A DNA stretch of 59,233 nucleotides, counting the filler. It is 3 parts of 3 records of this genome, joined end to end, with 100 filler letters (N's around TTAATTAATTAA, not from the genome) between each part and the next. Parts side by side here need not be neighbours in the genome. Positions count along the whole stretch, not along the records: positions 24,704 to 50,079 come from SRR2962707_2277; positions 50,180 to 59,233 come from SRR2962707_2280; 1 more part is not named here. One strand, 5' to 3'. Of the stretch, positions 42,907 through 53,473 are shown piece by piece (within the stretch, counting starts at the first letter, position 1; each line of letters opens with the position of its first letter). The notes below the pieces were generated by a model, which did no database searches, was not told the origin of the DNA, and saw only the letters and a list, made by a program, of their open reading frames with translations. The translations under genes and the position numbers were made by a program.

Positions 42907-44478
42907 ATGAGTAGACGCTTATTTGTACTTTTGGTAATATTGATGAGTTTATCCCTGATGGGGATTATATTCGTTCAAGGTTACTGGATTAAAACCGCAG
43001 TAGACGATAAGGAAGAACAATTTTCTAATACAATTTCTCTGGCATTACATTCTGTTTCAGACAAAATTCAGAAAAGAGAAATGAGAGATTATTTTGACGA
43101 GTATGCTAACTTAAAAGATAGTGTAGGAGAGTTAAAAGAATCTAATGTAAAAGAGTTTTTCTTTGTTGAAAGGGATAAGAGTAGTAATGAAACATTGATT
43201 TACTCTCACGGTATTTTAGAAGAAGATTACGGAATCTCTTCCACGTTCTTTGATAATAATAGTACTGATTCTTCAACAATTAAAAATTATACGAGTAAGA
43301 GAACTACGCAAATTTTTAAAGAAGAATATGGTATTGATGGTAAGGTTTATTCTCCTGTAGAACGGATTGAAAAAATAGGTGGGTTTTCAGCTATGGATAA
43401 AGCACTTTTTGAAGATGTATTTATGGTGTCTGCAAAACGTGTTCCAATTCATAAACGGGTTACCAACCAAGAAATAGAATTATTACTTCAACAAGCTCTA
43501 AAAGACAGAGGGATAAAATTGAACTTTGAATATGGAGTTTATAGTAAAGGATTGGCAACAAAAGTCCGTTCGAGTAATAAAATTCAACTTGCAGAGTCTA
43601 GATATAAAACTCCATTATTTATAGATAGCGATGGAAAAAGTAATTATGATTTGGTAGTTAGTTTTCCTGAAAAGAAAAAATTCTTGATATCTTCCATAAT
43701 GGAAATGGCCATATTATCAATAATATTTACATTGATAATTTTAATAGCCTATTCAAGTGCATTGTATCAATTGATAAAACAAAAACAAATCTCTGAGATT
43801 AAAACAGATTTTATCAATAATATGACGCATGAGTTTAAAACGCCTATTGCTACAATTAATTTGGCATTAGATTCATTAAAAAATCCAAAAGCATTTGACG
43901 ATACTGATAAAGTAAAAAGGTATTTACAAATGATAAGGGATGAAAATAAGCGAATGCATGCTCAGGTTGAAAATGTACTAAGAATATCTAAATTAGAGAA
44001 AAATCAGCTTGATATTAGTAAAGATAAGGTTGATGTTCATGAAATTATAGATGAAGCAATAGCACATGTAGAATTGATGGTAGAAAACCGTGGAGGGTAT
44101 GTAAAAACACATTTAGATGCCACCAGAAATGAAATTTTAGGAAACGATTTTCACCTTACCAATATATTAGTTAACATTTTGGATAATGCTAATAAGTATT
44201 CTCCAAATGCTCCAGAAATAAATGTTTATACTGAAGTTGTAAAAAACAGTATTGTTATTAAAATAACAGACAATGGAGCAGGAATGAGTAAAGCAGTATT
44301 AAAAAGAATATTTGAAAAATTTTATAGAGAATCTACTGGAAATATACACAATATAAAAGGCCATGGTTTAGGATTGGCATATGTAAAAAGTATAGTAGAG
44401 GACCATCAAGGCGAAGTATACGCCGAAAGTGAAAAAGATAAAGGAAGTACCTTTTTTGTGAAGTTACCTTTAATATAA
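42907..44478 (+). CDS. rprX: Sensor histidine kinase (RprX-like)
   Basis: Two TM helices with a periplasmic domain, NNMTHEFKTPI, NILDNANKYS, DNGAGM, GHGLGLAYV. Confidence 0.8.
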   Translation: MSRRLFVLLVILMSLSLMGIIFVQGYWIKTAVDDKEEQFSNTISLALHSVSDKIQKREMRDYFDEYANLKDSVGELKESNVKEFFFVERDKSSNETLIYSHGILEEDYGISSTFFDNNSTDSSTIKNYTSKRTTQIFKEEYGIDGKVYSPVERIEKIGGFSAMDKALFEDVFMVSAKRVPIHKRVTNQEIELLLQQALKDRGIKLNFEYGVYSKGLATKVRSSNKIQLAESRYKTPLFIDSDGKSNYDLVVSFPEKKKFLISSIMEMAILSIIFTLIILIAYSSALYQLIKQKQISEIKTDFINNMTHEFKTPIATINLALDSLKNPKAFDDTDKVKRYLQMIRDENKRMHAQVENVLRISKLEKNQLDISKDKVDVHEIIDEAIAHVELMVENRGGYVKTHLDATRNEILGNDFHLTNILVNILDNANKYSPNAPEINVYTEVVKNSIVIKITDNGAGMSKAVLKRIFEKFYRESTGNIHNIKGHGLGLAYVKSIVEDHQGEVYAESEKDKGSTFFVKLPLI

Positions 44479-44482
44479 AAAC

Positions 44483-45199
44483 ATGGAAACAGTAAATAAA
44501 AAGATTTTATTAGTAGAAGATGATCCTAATTTTGGTATCGTACTGAAAGATTATTTATCAATGAATGATTTTGATGTAACCTTAGCTAAGAATGGGATGG
44601 AAGGGTATGAGAAATTCAGAAAAGATCATTACGATTTATGTATTTTAGATGTAATGATGCCCTATAAAGATGGATTTACTTTGGCTAAAGAAATAAGAGA
44701 AAAGGATGAAAACATTCCGATTATCTTTTTAACTGCCAAAACAATGAAAGAAGATGTATTGAAAGGTTATAAGGTTGGTGCAGATGACTACTTAAACAAG
44801 CCTTTTGATTCTGAAGTTTTATTGTTTAAAATTAAAGCCATCATTCAAAGAAAATCAACAGAATCTTTGGCAGATAGTAAGCAATTTGAATTTGAAATAG
44901 GAAACTTTCATTTAAATTCAAAGCTTAGATTTCTTACTTATAAGGAAGAGGAGCCAATTAAACTCTCTCCAAAAGAGAACGAATTATTACGTTTGTTAGC
45001 GCTTCATGAAAATGATTTGATGCCAAGAGAATTAGCATTGACTAAAATATGGAGAGACGATAATTATTTTACATCGCGTAGTATGGATGTTTACATAGCA
45101 AAGCTTCGTAAATATTTAAAGAAAGATGACGAAGTAGAAATTCTAAATATACACGGAGAAGGCTTTAGATTAGTAGTTAAAAGCGAAGCTAATAATTAG
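44483..45199 (+). CDS. rprY: OmpR-family response regulator (RprY-like)
   Basis: ILLVEDDPNFG, LDVMMP, FLTAK, IWRDDNYFTSRSMDVYIAKLRK. Confidence 0.85.
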   Translation: METVNKKILLVEDDPNFGIVLKDYLSMNDFDVTLAKNGMEGYEKFRKDHYDLCILDVMMPYKDGFTLAKEIREKDENIPIIFLTAKTMKEDVLKGYKVGADDYLNKPFDSEVLLFKIKAIIQRKSTESLADSKQFEFEIGNFHLNSKLRFLTYKEEEPIKLSPKENELLRLLALHENDLMPRELALTKIWRDDNYFTSRSMDVYIAKLRKYLKKDDEVEILNIHGEGFRLVVKSEANN

Positions 45200-45234
45200 G
45201 CTGGCTCCAAAATAATATAATTTATATCGATTTT

Positions 45235-45270
45235 AAAAAGGGATAACTGCAATACAGTTATCCCTTTTTT
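45235..45270 (+). terminator. Intrinsic terminator after rprY (possibly bidirectional)
   Basis: AAAAAGGGATAACTG-caata-CAGTTATCCCTTTTTT. Confidence 0.88.
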
Positions 45271-45417
45271 GTTGCAGGATTTATATTATTTTTTGAAATT
45301 GGCTCAATATCTAATTTTTAATAATACGTTGTGTTAAGTTTAACAAAAGTGTTTTCTTGTGTTAAATTTATATGTATTTTTAATGATAAACAACCTAATT
45401 TAACTTAATATTCAATC

Positions 45418-48400
45418 ATGAAAAGACTATTATTAACCATGTCTTTGTTATTGTGTTGTACTATGGTATTCTCTCAGACCATTACAGGTACAGTAACAGA
45501 TTCGCAAGGAACTCCTTTGCCCGGAGTTTCCATTGTTGTTGATCAAACAGCAAAAGGAACATCAACAGATTTTGATGGTAATTACACAATTAATGCAACA
45601 TCTAGTCAAGTATTAGTATTTACTTATGTAGGTATGAAAACGCTAAAAAAAAGCGTAGGCTCTGACAGTGTAATAGATGTTGTTTTAACTGAAGACGCTC
45701 AGAGTTTAGATGAAGTTGTGGTAACAGCTTTAGGTATTTCAAGAGATAAAAAATCTTTAGGATATGCTACTCAAGAAGTAGATGGAGAAAATTTTAATTT
45801 AACTAATGAACAAAATGTTCTTGGATCACTATCAGGTCGTGTTGCAGGGGTTCAAGTAACAGGTGCTTCTGGAGCTAGTATGGGGGGAACTCAAAAAATT
45901 AAAATCAGAGGAGTAAATTCTATTAGTGGAGGAGATCAACCACTTATAGTAATTGATGGAACCCCAATATCTAATGCTAATTTTTCAGGGAGTGATCAAG
46001 CTGATTACGGAAATTTAGCGCAAGATATTAATCCTAATGACATAGCAGAAGTAAATGTTCTTAAAGGACCTGCAGCATCTGCATTATATGGAATACGTGG
46101 ACAATTTGGTGTAATAATGATAACTACTAAAAAGGGTAAAAAAGGACCTCGAAAAGTAGATGTGCAGTTATCATCGTCATTTTCTATGGAATCTGCGTAT
46201 AATTTTATTCCGTTACAAAACATGTATGGAGGTGGATCTAGTCAGACATTTCGAACACTTCCAAACGGCGATCCATACGTAGATATGAGTGTTGATGAAA
46301 GTTGGGGACCAAAAATGGATGGAACTCCAGTGCGTCAGGTATTTAGTTTTTATCCTCAAGACCCTCAATATGGACAGCTAACACCTTTTGTTGCGCATCC
46401 AAATAATGTTGAAGATTATTATAAAACAGGAACAACATTTAATAATAGTATTACAATAACAGGGGGAAATGAAAATACTTCTATTCGTTTAAGCGCTAAT
46501 GATACTAGAGTGGAAGGGGTGGTTCCTAATACTTCTTTAAACAGAAATAATGTTGGCTTGAGCGCAAGTTTAAACCTTACCGATAACTTGGTGGTCTCTA
46601 GTAATATTAATTATGCAGGAAATGAAGGGCAGCGTCCATCTCAAGGATCTGAATATGGAGGTGCATACATGGTTCAATGGTTTCAAAGAAATTTAGATAT
46701 GAACCGTTTAAGAGATTATAAATATAACGACGGAACCTTTCTTCATTGGAACTTAGGAAGACCAGATTCAAGTACTGGTGAAATATCAGATTTTGAACCG
46801 TTGTATTGGAACAATCCATATTTTGAAGCTTATGAAAATTTAAGTAATGATAGTCGAGATAGATTTTTTGGAGATATAGGGATGTCTTATAAAATTATTC
46901 CTGAGCTAGAAGTTAGCGGATTCATACGTACGGATATGTATACACAAAATATAGAACAGCGTCAAGCTTTTGGAGGGACACGTTTACCTTCTTATTCGGT
47001 TGGGAAGTATCAAAACAAAGAATTTAACTACGAACTTTTAGCACAATATAAAAATACATGGGATAAATTTTCTTTAGATGCTACTGTAGGAGGAAATATT
47101 TATGATAGGGACTATAGTTATTTAAGTCAAAGTACAGTAGGAGGTTTATCTTCTCCTGGGTTTTATAATATTGCTGCTTCAATAGATCGTCCCGATACTA
47201 AATCTAACAAACTAAGAAAGAAGATTAGAAGTTTTTATAGTTTAGTTTCTTTAGGTTATGACGGAACATATTTTATAGATGCTTCTATAAGAAATGACAA
47301 CTCTTCTGCATTGCCAAAGGATAACAACTCTTATTGGTATCCTTCTGTTTCTGGAAGTGTTGTGTTTAGTGAGCTTATAGATTGGACTCCTCTGTCATTT
47401 GGTAAAATTAGAGCTAGTTATGCACAAGCTGGTTCAGATTTAAGCCCGTATCAAACAAGTTTAAATTATGGAGTAGGAACTGTTTATAACGGAACTAATA
47501 CTTTATATGTTCCAGATGAACTTAATAATCCAAATATAGAACCTTCTTTTTCTAATTCATTTGAAGCTGGTTTAGAGTTAAACTTTTTCAGTAATCGTTT
47601 AGGGTTTGATTTTACATATTATCAGCAAAAAAATAAAAACCAAATACTTAATCTAGATGTATCAGGAACAAGTGGTTATAGCTCAAGTATAATTAATGCA
47701 GGTTTAATTGAGAATGACGGATTTGAATTGTCTATTAATGCAACACCAATTCGCTCAGAGGATTTTTCATGGGACTTTACTTTTAATATTAATAAGAACA
47801 ATAGTGAAGTTGTTGAGTTGGCTCCTGGAATAGATGTTTATACTTATGATTCTACAACTTATTCAAGTGTGTCTAGCTATTTGAATTCATATGAAGGTGA
47901 ACCTTTCGGAAGTTTAGTAGGGCAAGCCTATGAAAGAGACGAGGCTACAGGAGAAATTCTTTTAGATGATAATAACATGCCATTGTATACAGACGCTACT
48001 CACAATTTTGGAACTGTTCTACCAGATTTCAATGGAGGTTTTCAGAATACCTTTAGAATAGGTCAATTTACAGTAACAGGAATGATTGATTTCCAAGGTG
48101 GAGGTCAGTTTTTTAGTAGATCAAAAATGTTAGCAGTACGTACAGGTCAAGATGCACTTACCGTAGCCACCAATGATAATGGGATGAATGTTAGAGATCC
48201 TTTAGATCAAGGCGGAGGAGTTAAAGTAACAGGAATTTCCGCCAGCACTGGAGAGGATGTTACAGCGTATGTAGATGCTAGATCGTATTATAGAAATACA
48301 TTAGGTAGAAGAATTTATGAAGAATGGTTGTACGACGCTTCTTATGTGAAATTGAGAGAGCTTAGAGTTCAATATAATTTAGGGAAGAATATTATGGATA

Positions 48401-48585
48401 AACTTCCTTTTGAAACAATGAGTTTTGCTTTGATAGCTAGAAATCCTATCATGATTTGGCAAGAAGCTCCTAAAGGAATTAATCCTTCAGAAATATCAAC
48501 AGGAGCACAGTCTATCAGTTGGTACGAATCAGGACAATTACCTTCTGTTAGATCTTATGGTATAAATTTAAATGTTACATTTTAA
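45418..48585 (+). CDS. susC: SusC/RagA-family TonB-dependent transporter
   Basis: N-terminal extension, LDEVVVTALG, LKGPAASALYG..GVIMITTKKG plug motif, C-terminal NVTF. Confidence 0.95.
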   Translation: MKRLLLTMSLLLCCTMVFSQTITGTVTDSQGTPLPGVSIVVDQTAKGTSTDFDGNYTINATSSQVLVFTYVGMKTLKKSVGSDSVIDVVLTEDAQSLDEVVVTALGISRDKKSLGYATQEVDGENFNLTNEQNVLGSLSGRVAGVQVTGASGASMGGTQKIKIRGVNSISGGDQPLIVIDGTPISNANFSGSDQADYGNLAQDINPNDIAEVNVLKGPAASALYGIRGQFGVIMITTKKGKKGPRKVDVQLSSSFSMESAYNFIPLQNMYGGGSSQTFRTLPNGDPYVDMSVDESWGPKMDGTPVRQVFSFYPQDPQYGQLTPFVAHPNNVEDYYKTGTTFNNSITITGGNENTSIRLSANDTRVEGVVPNTSLNRNNVGLSASLNLTDNLVVSSNINYAGNEGQRPSQGSEYGGAYMVQWFQRNLDMNRLRDYKYNDGTFLHWNLGRPDSSTGEISDFEPLYWNNPYFEAYENLSNDSRDRFFGDIGMSYKIIPELEVSGFIRTDMYTQNIEQRQAFGGTRLPSYSVGKYQNKEFNYELLAQYKNTWDKFSLDATVGGNIYDRDYSYLSQSTVGGLSSPGFYNIAASIDRPDTKSNKLRKKIRSFYSLVSLGYDGTYFIDASIRNDNSSALPKDNNSYWYPSVSGSVVFSELIDWTPLSFGKIRASYAQAGSDLSPYQTSLNYGVGTVYNGTNTLYVPDELNNPNIEPSFSNSFEAGLELNFFSNRLGFDFTYYQQKNKNQILNLDVSGTSGYSSSIINAGLIENDGFELSINATPIRSEDFSWDFTFNINKNNSEVVELAPGIDVYTYDSTTYSSVSSYLNSYEGEPFGSLVGQAYERDEATGEILLDDNNMPLYTDATHNFGTVLPDFNGGFQNTFRIGQFTVTGMIDFQGGGQFFSRSKMLAVRTGQDALTVATNDNGMNVRDPLDQGGGVKVTGISASTGEDVTAYVDARSYYRNTLGRRIYEEWLYDASYVKLRELRVQYNLGKNIMDKLPFETMSFALIARNPIMIWQEAPKGINPSEISTGAQSISWYESGQLPSVRSYGINLNVTF

Positions 48586-48595
48586 TTAAAGGAAG

Positions 48596-49984
48596 ATGAA
48601 AAACATATATATAAATACATTACTTATAGCTTTATTTATAACGAGTTGTAGTAATTTTGATGAGGATATTAATACAAATCCGAATGTTCCTAGTCAGGCT
48701 TCTGGTATGCAATTAATAGCACAAGCAGAGTTGTCGTTACCAGGTTTGAGTTCTTCCCCTCAAGGAGAGTTTATGTCACAATATTTAGCAGAAACTCAAT
48801 ATGTAGGGACATCTCTTTATCCACAGCAAAGTACAAGTTTCTATGGATGGTATCAAGGACCATTAGCCGATTTACAGGCCGTAATTACATCTGATAACTT
48901 AACAGGTACTGAAGGTCCTATAGAAAATCAAATAGCAGTAGCTAAAATATTAAAGGCTTATTATTTTTGGAATTTAACAGACAGATGGGGAGATATTCCA
49001 TACAGTGAAGCTTTGAAAGGACAAGAAGATTTTACTCCTATTTATGATTCTCAAGAATCTATATACAAAGATTTATTTGCTGAATTGAAAGAAGCTTCAA
49101 ATATGATTGTTACTGGTAATTTAAGTAATGATATTATTTATGATGGAGATATTAGTAAATGGAAGAAGTTTTCTAATACTGTTAGAATGTTAATGGCGCT
49201 TCGTTTATCCGAAGTAGATCCTGCAACTGCACAAGCAGAGTTTGTAAGCGCTATTGATGATGGGGTTTTTACCTCTAATGATGATAATTTGTTTTTTCAG
49301 CATTTAGCTGATGCAAATAATCAGAATTACTGGTATGGGCAAATAGTAAATCAAAATAGAGAATGGTGGGCTCTTACTGAAGGATTAGTAGATCAAATGA
49401 AGCCTGTAAACGACCCACGATTACCAATTTATGGAAATCCAGCTAGAGATAGTGGGGAGTATGTAGGAATGCTTTATGGGGATGAAGTAAATTTAGGGAC
49501 TCAAGAATATTCTTTACTGGGAGATGCAATTTATGCGCAAGATGCACCCGTATATTTAGTAACATATGCTCAGGTTCTTTTTGCAATGGCAGAAGCTTCT
49601 CAACGTGGTTGGATTGCAGGTGATACAGCATCTTTTTATGAAAGTGCTATTGAAAGTTCAATTTTACAGTGGACAGGTAATACAGATACAGTAGCAGATT
49701 TTATGATGGAGCCTGGGATTGCCTTTAATGATGCTATAGGCATTGAGCAGATAGCAACTCAACGTTGGGTACATTTATTTATGTTTGGATATGAGGCATG
49801 GGCAGAGTGGAGAAGAACAGGTTTTCCAAATATGATGGTTTCTCCTAATGGAGCAGCTGTACCAGCTCGTTTAAGTTATCCAGATAATGAAGCTTTTAAT
49901 AATGAAGTTAATTATAACGAAGCTTTAGATAGACAGTTTGGAGGTGAAGATTCTATTTACGGCCAATTATGGTGGGATAAATAG
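48596..49984 (+). CDS. susD: SusD/RagB-family surface lipoprotein
   Basis: ITSC lipobox, LTDRWGDIPYSEA, EAWAEWRRTG.P, LWWDK end. Confidence 0.93.
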   Translation: MKNIYINTLLIALFITSCSNFDEDINTNPNVPSQASGMQLIAQAELSLPGLSSSPQGEFMSQYLAETQYVGTSLYPQQSTSFYGWYQGPLADLQAVITSDNLTGTEGPIENQIAVAKILKAYYFWNLTDRWGDIPYSEALKGQEDFTPIYDSQESIYKDLFAELKEASNMIVTGNLSNDIIYDGDISKWKKFSNTVRMLMALRLSEVDPATAQAEFVSAIDDGVFTSNDDNLFFQHLADANNQNYWYGQIVNQNREWWALTEGLVDQMKPVNDPRLPIYGNPARDSGEYVGMLYGDEVNLGTQEYSLLGDAIYAQDAPVYLVTYAQVLFAMAEASQRGWIAGDTASFYESAIESSILQWTGNTDTVADFMMEPGIAFNDAIGIEQIATQRWVHLFMFGYEAWAEWRRTGFPNMMVSPNGAAVPARLSYPDNEAFNNEVNYNEALDRQFGGEDSIYGQLWWDK

Positions 49985-50008
49985 CGTTTTAATTCAATAA
50001 AATTATAC

Positions 50009-50040
50009 AGAACCACTCTTTTTAGGGTGGTTCTTTTATT
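50009..50040 (+). terminator. Intrinsic terminator after susD
   Basis: AGAACCACTCT-tttt-AGGGTGGTTCT followed by TTTATT. Confidence 0.82.
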
Positions 50041-50079
50041 TATATGAATTATTGTTGTCCGAGAAAAAATACAAGACCG

Positions 50080-50179
50080 NNNNNNNNNNNNNNNNNNNNN
50101 NNNNNNNNNNNNNNNNNNNNNNNTTAATTAATTAANNNNNNNNNNNNNNNNNNNNNNNNNNNNNNNNNNNNNNNNNNNN
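50080..50179. other. Artificial contig spacer N44-TTAATTAATTAA-N44
   Basis: Identical to the spacer at 24604-24703. Confidence 0.98.
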
Positions 50180-50191
50180 CTCTTCCGATCT
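50180..50191 (+). other. Illumina adapter remnant
   Basis: CTCTTCCGATCT, the 3' end of the TruSeq adapter, at the first base of the contig. Confidence 0.85.
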
Positions 50192-50298
50192 TCGATTCTT
50201 TTCAGCTGATTTGATTCCTTAGGTTGTCAAAGAGCCTCGAAGTCACAGGCGGCAAGTTTTTTGTGTGAATTAATTTCGAATCAGTTCGCCACACCACC

Positions 50299-52476
50299 AT
50301 GTCGATCATGTCGGGAGACGAGATTCCGGACGAGCTGAAGCCGTTTCGCCCGCACCTGTCGGCGCGTTTCTTCGAGATGCGCGAGCGCGTGCTCGATTTT
50401 GTGTTTTCAGTCGTACAACCTGCGAAAGAACGCTATGCTCGCGAGCTGAAAACAAACGAGCAGGCGGCTGTGGCGCAAGGGTTGCACCCGCTCAAGGCCC
50501 GCGAGCCGGCAGTGTTGTCGGAGTTGCGGCAGGCTGCGAAAGAGCGCGGGCTCTACAACTTCTTCCTCCCCACTGTATGCGGCTTGTCGGTCCTCGAATA
50601 TGCCCCAATTGCCGAGATTCTTGGAATTTTTCGGCTGGCAAACCAGGTTGGTGACTCTTTGCAGACGTTATTGCCCGTGTTTACAGTGGTTGACGACGCA
50701 GAGTGCGGCTCCGCTGAGTTTCTCAATTTTCTCGCTCTTTCTCTCACTCCCATCTTGCTATGACAACTGCCCTAGGCAATGAACTGCGCGGCACCAGACA
50801 CTGGGAACATGGAGGTGCTGGAGCAATTCGGCACGCCTGAGCAGAAAGCTCAGTGGCTGGACCCTTTGCTGGCAGGGGAAATCCGGTCCTGTTTCGCTAT
50901 GACGGAGCCTGGGGTTGCCAGTTCGGACGCTTCTCAGATCAGCTGTCGTATCGACCGTTCAGCTGACGGCGAAAGGTATGCGATGGGTAGCGACACTGCT
51001 TTGGGTGTTCCTGTCTGCTCGTTGGTGGTTGCTGGTCTGATTTCGAAGTGTATGTTTGTGCGTTACACGTGGAATGTGGAATGTCTGCTGCACCCGTTGC
51101 GTCGCTTCCAGCTACGTGATCAATGGACACAAGTGGTACATTTCAGGCGCTATGCGGCCCGAGTGTAAGGTTGCCATTCTTCTTGGCAAGACCTCGTTTG
51201 ATGGACCCGTTCACCGCCGTCAGTCAATGATCTTGGTGAGTCGATTTTTCTCATTTCTGCCCCAACCGTGCACCTGCGTTTACGGTGTCATAGCCCCCGA
51301 GCGCAACGCAGATGACCCATTCACTGCCTCGTGGGTGCCGAAATCATGCATGCCAGGTGCCAATGGACTCACCCGGTATTACGATTTTGCGTCCGCTGGC
51401 CGTATTTGGCCATGAACATGACCATGCTGAGATTATTTTTGACAATGTGGTCGTTCCCAAAAAGAATATGGTTCTGGGCGAGGGAAGGGGCTTTGATATC
51501 GCACAGGTAAGCTGCCGCGACAAGTCGGGGTCATTTCGAAGTTTTTTTCGGCGCATACTGTACTAATTTGTTTGTGCCGTCTGGATTCGAGAAGTGACCA
51601 TTGCTGCAACTGCTTCTGCGCGTTTATCATCAGGCTCGCCTTGGCCCTGGGCGTATCCACCACTGCATGCGAACGATTGGTCTAGCGGAGGCAGCGCTGT
51701 CTGCGATGGTTCATCGAGCGCACAACCGATCGGCGTTTGGGTCTCTGCTGGCCGAAAAAGACACAATTCGCCAAGTTATTGCACGGGCACGCATTGAGAT
51801 TACGAAATGTCGCAGTCTCTGCTATTTGGCGGCGTTTATGGCAGATACTGTGGGGTTCAAAGCGGCTCGCAAGGTGAGTTGAGCGTGCAAGAACGACAGA
51901 GAGTAATTTTTTTGCAAATTTAGGGCGCCAGTGTTACCATGTGTAATACTTGCAATTGCAATGTTATGAAGTACATCTCGATGATCAAGATTGAAGCTCC
52001 TCGCATGGCCCTGAAAGTCGTCGATGAAGCTATTCAGATGCATGGGGCCCACGGCGTGTCACAAGACAGCCGCCTCGGTGCGATGTACACTGGTTCGTGG
52101 AACCATCTCTGAAAGTGCAACAGTTTGGCGAAAGACGCTTCCATGATGCTTGGTAATTCTGCAACTCATATGTGATCGCGCAGGCCTCCGAACATTGCGT
52201 GTCGCAGATGGTCCTGACGTGGTGCACTTGAACACCGTGGCCAAGGTTCGCCTGTGCCTTCGCAACGCCAAAATCTGCGCTTGTGTTTCCGAAATCGGTC
52301 GCATGTACGTACACACATAATGTGTGTCACACGAACGTCGATGTCACTCATTCGCATTTGTGCAGGTGGAGATGAATCGCCCGCCGAGCATTTTGGGTCA
52401 GGCTGTATCGGGCACGAACAAGAATATTGCCAAGTACGGAAAGTTTGAACATCTAGAGGAGCGTGCGCGAATGTAA
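50299..52476 (+). CDS. Eukaryotic spliced acyl-CoA dehydrogenase (ACAD10/11/IBR3-type ACAD domain), 451 aa, PTS1-like C-terminus
   Basis: Exons 50299-50646, 50776-50975, 51112-51235, 51357-51506, 51634-51873, 51972-52092, 52184-52245, 52366-52476. All 7 introns are GT-AG (91-136 nt) and keep the frame. Motifs [62 protein letters not shown]; ends ...EERARM*. Kozak-like ACCACCATG. Confidence 0.9.
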
Positions 52477-53473
52477 GCACTTGGCCCCAAAGCAAGACGC
52501 TCAGTTTTTTCTCACCCACAGTGGTGGTGCGGGCCACTAAGCGTGGAAAAACCGAAATACTGCAGACGAATCACCCAGGTGAAACCTTGAACGAACCGGT
52601 CCAAGACGAAGCGCGAGAATACCTTGCTTGGAACGACAAAAATTACAGAGATCCATACCGGGCTAGTGATGTGCTTGACTGATTTCTTGTCGTTCGGTGC
52701 TTGTTTCCTTTTGCGTTGATTTTCAAATCAAAAACAACAACACAATGAGCGACCGTAAAGTTCATTTTTTCCTATGACTTTGTCACCCAAACTTGGTGTG
52801 TGGTCGTCGGGTGCACGAGTTGCGTGGTTGTTTGCTTGCCCGCTCAAACGGCGAGATTTTGTGAGTGGGGAAGATCGAGGGTCTCTACGTTACCTACATT
52901 CATTCTGGCCTCACTGAGTGCGAAGTTCATGTCGGCCTTGGATGAGTCGGTATTAGCATGTATGTATGTATGCATGTAAGCATCGACGCATCCGGTTGTG
53001 AGATTGCTTGCCACAGTAAGTTGAGCCCTGCTATCTGCAGTGATGGCGATGGATGGGATCTATGCATCGGCTCCCGCGTTCGGTGGAGCTGCGGTTTTCT
53101 CGAGCATAATCCGCTGACCGACATGGAACAAACGTGTTGATGCGGCACTATCGGGTGACAAGACATGAGAAATACCACCATCAAGTTCATCAGCGTGATA
53201 TAGTCGGTTTTGTTTGTTACTACCGCCTGGACAGCGTACCCGCCAGCCTCTGAAAGCCCATCGTTGTTTCGGTCGGCTTGTTCTCACCGTCGCTGAGACT
53301 GTTCAGTGGTGCCTTGATAGCTTGGCGAAAGTAAACCCTCAGTTTTTTCTCACGCACAGTGGTGCTGCGGTGCACCAAGCATGTAAAACCCAAAATACCG
53401 CAGACAAATCGCGCAGGAGAAGTTATTAAAATGTTAAAAATGGACATCCTATTCGCGAAGTAATAGTCAAAGG

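Noticed and set aside
49985-50299. Bacterial-to-eukaryotic junction suggesting horizontal transfer or endosymbiont integration
   Set aside because: The segments are joined only by the spacer and an adapter remnant; there is no physical linkage.
52477-53473. Short ORFs and a (TATG)n run between the convergent eukaryotic genes
   Set aside because: No motifs or consistent exon chain; best read as 3' UTRs and intergenic DNA.
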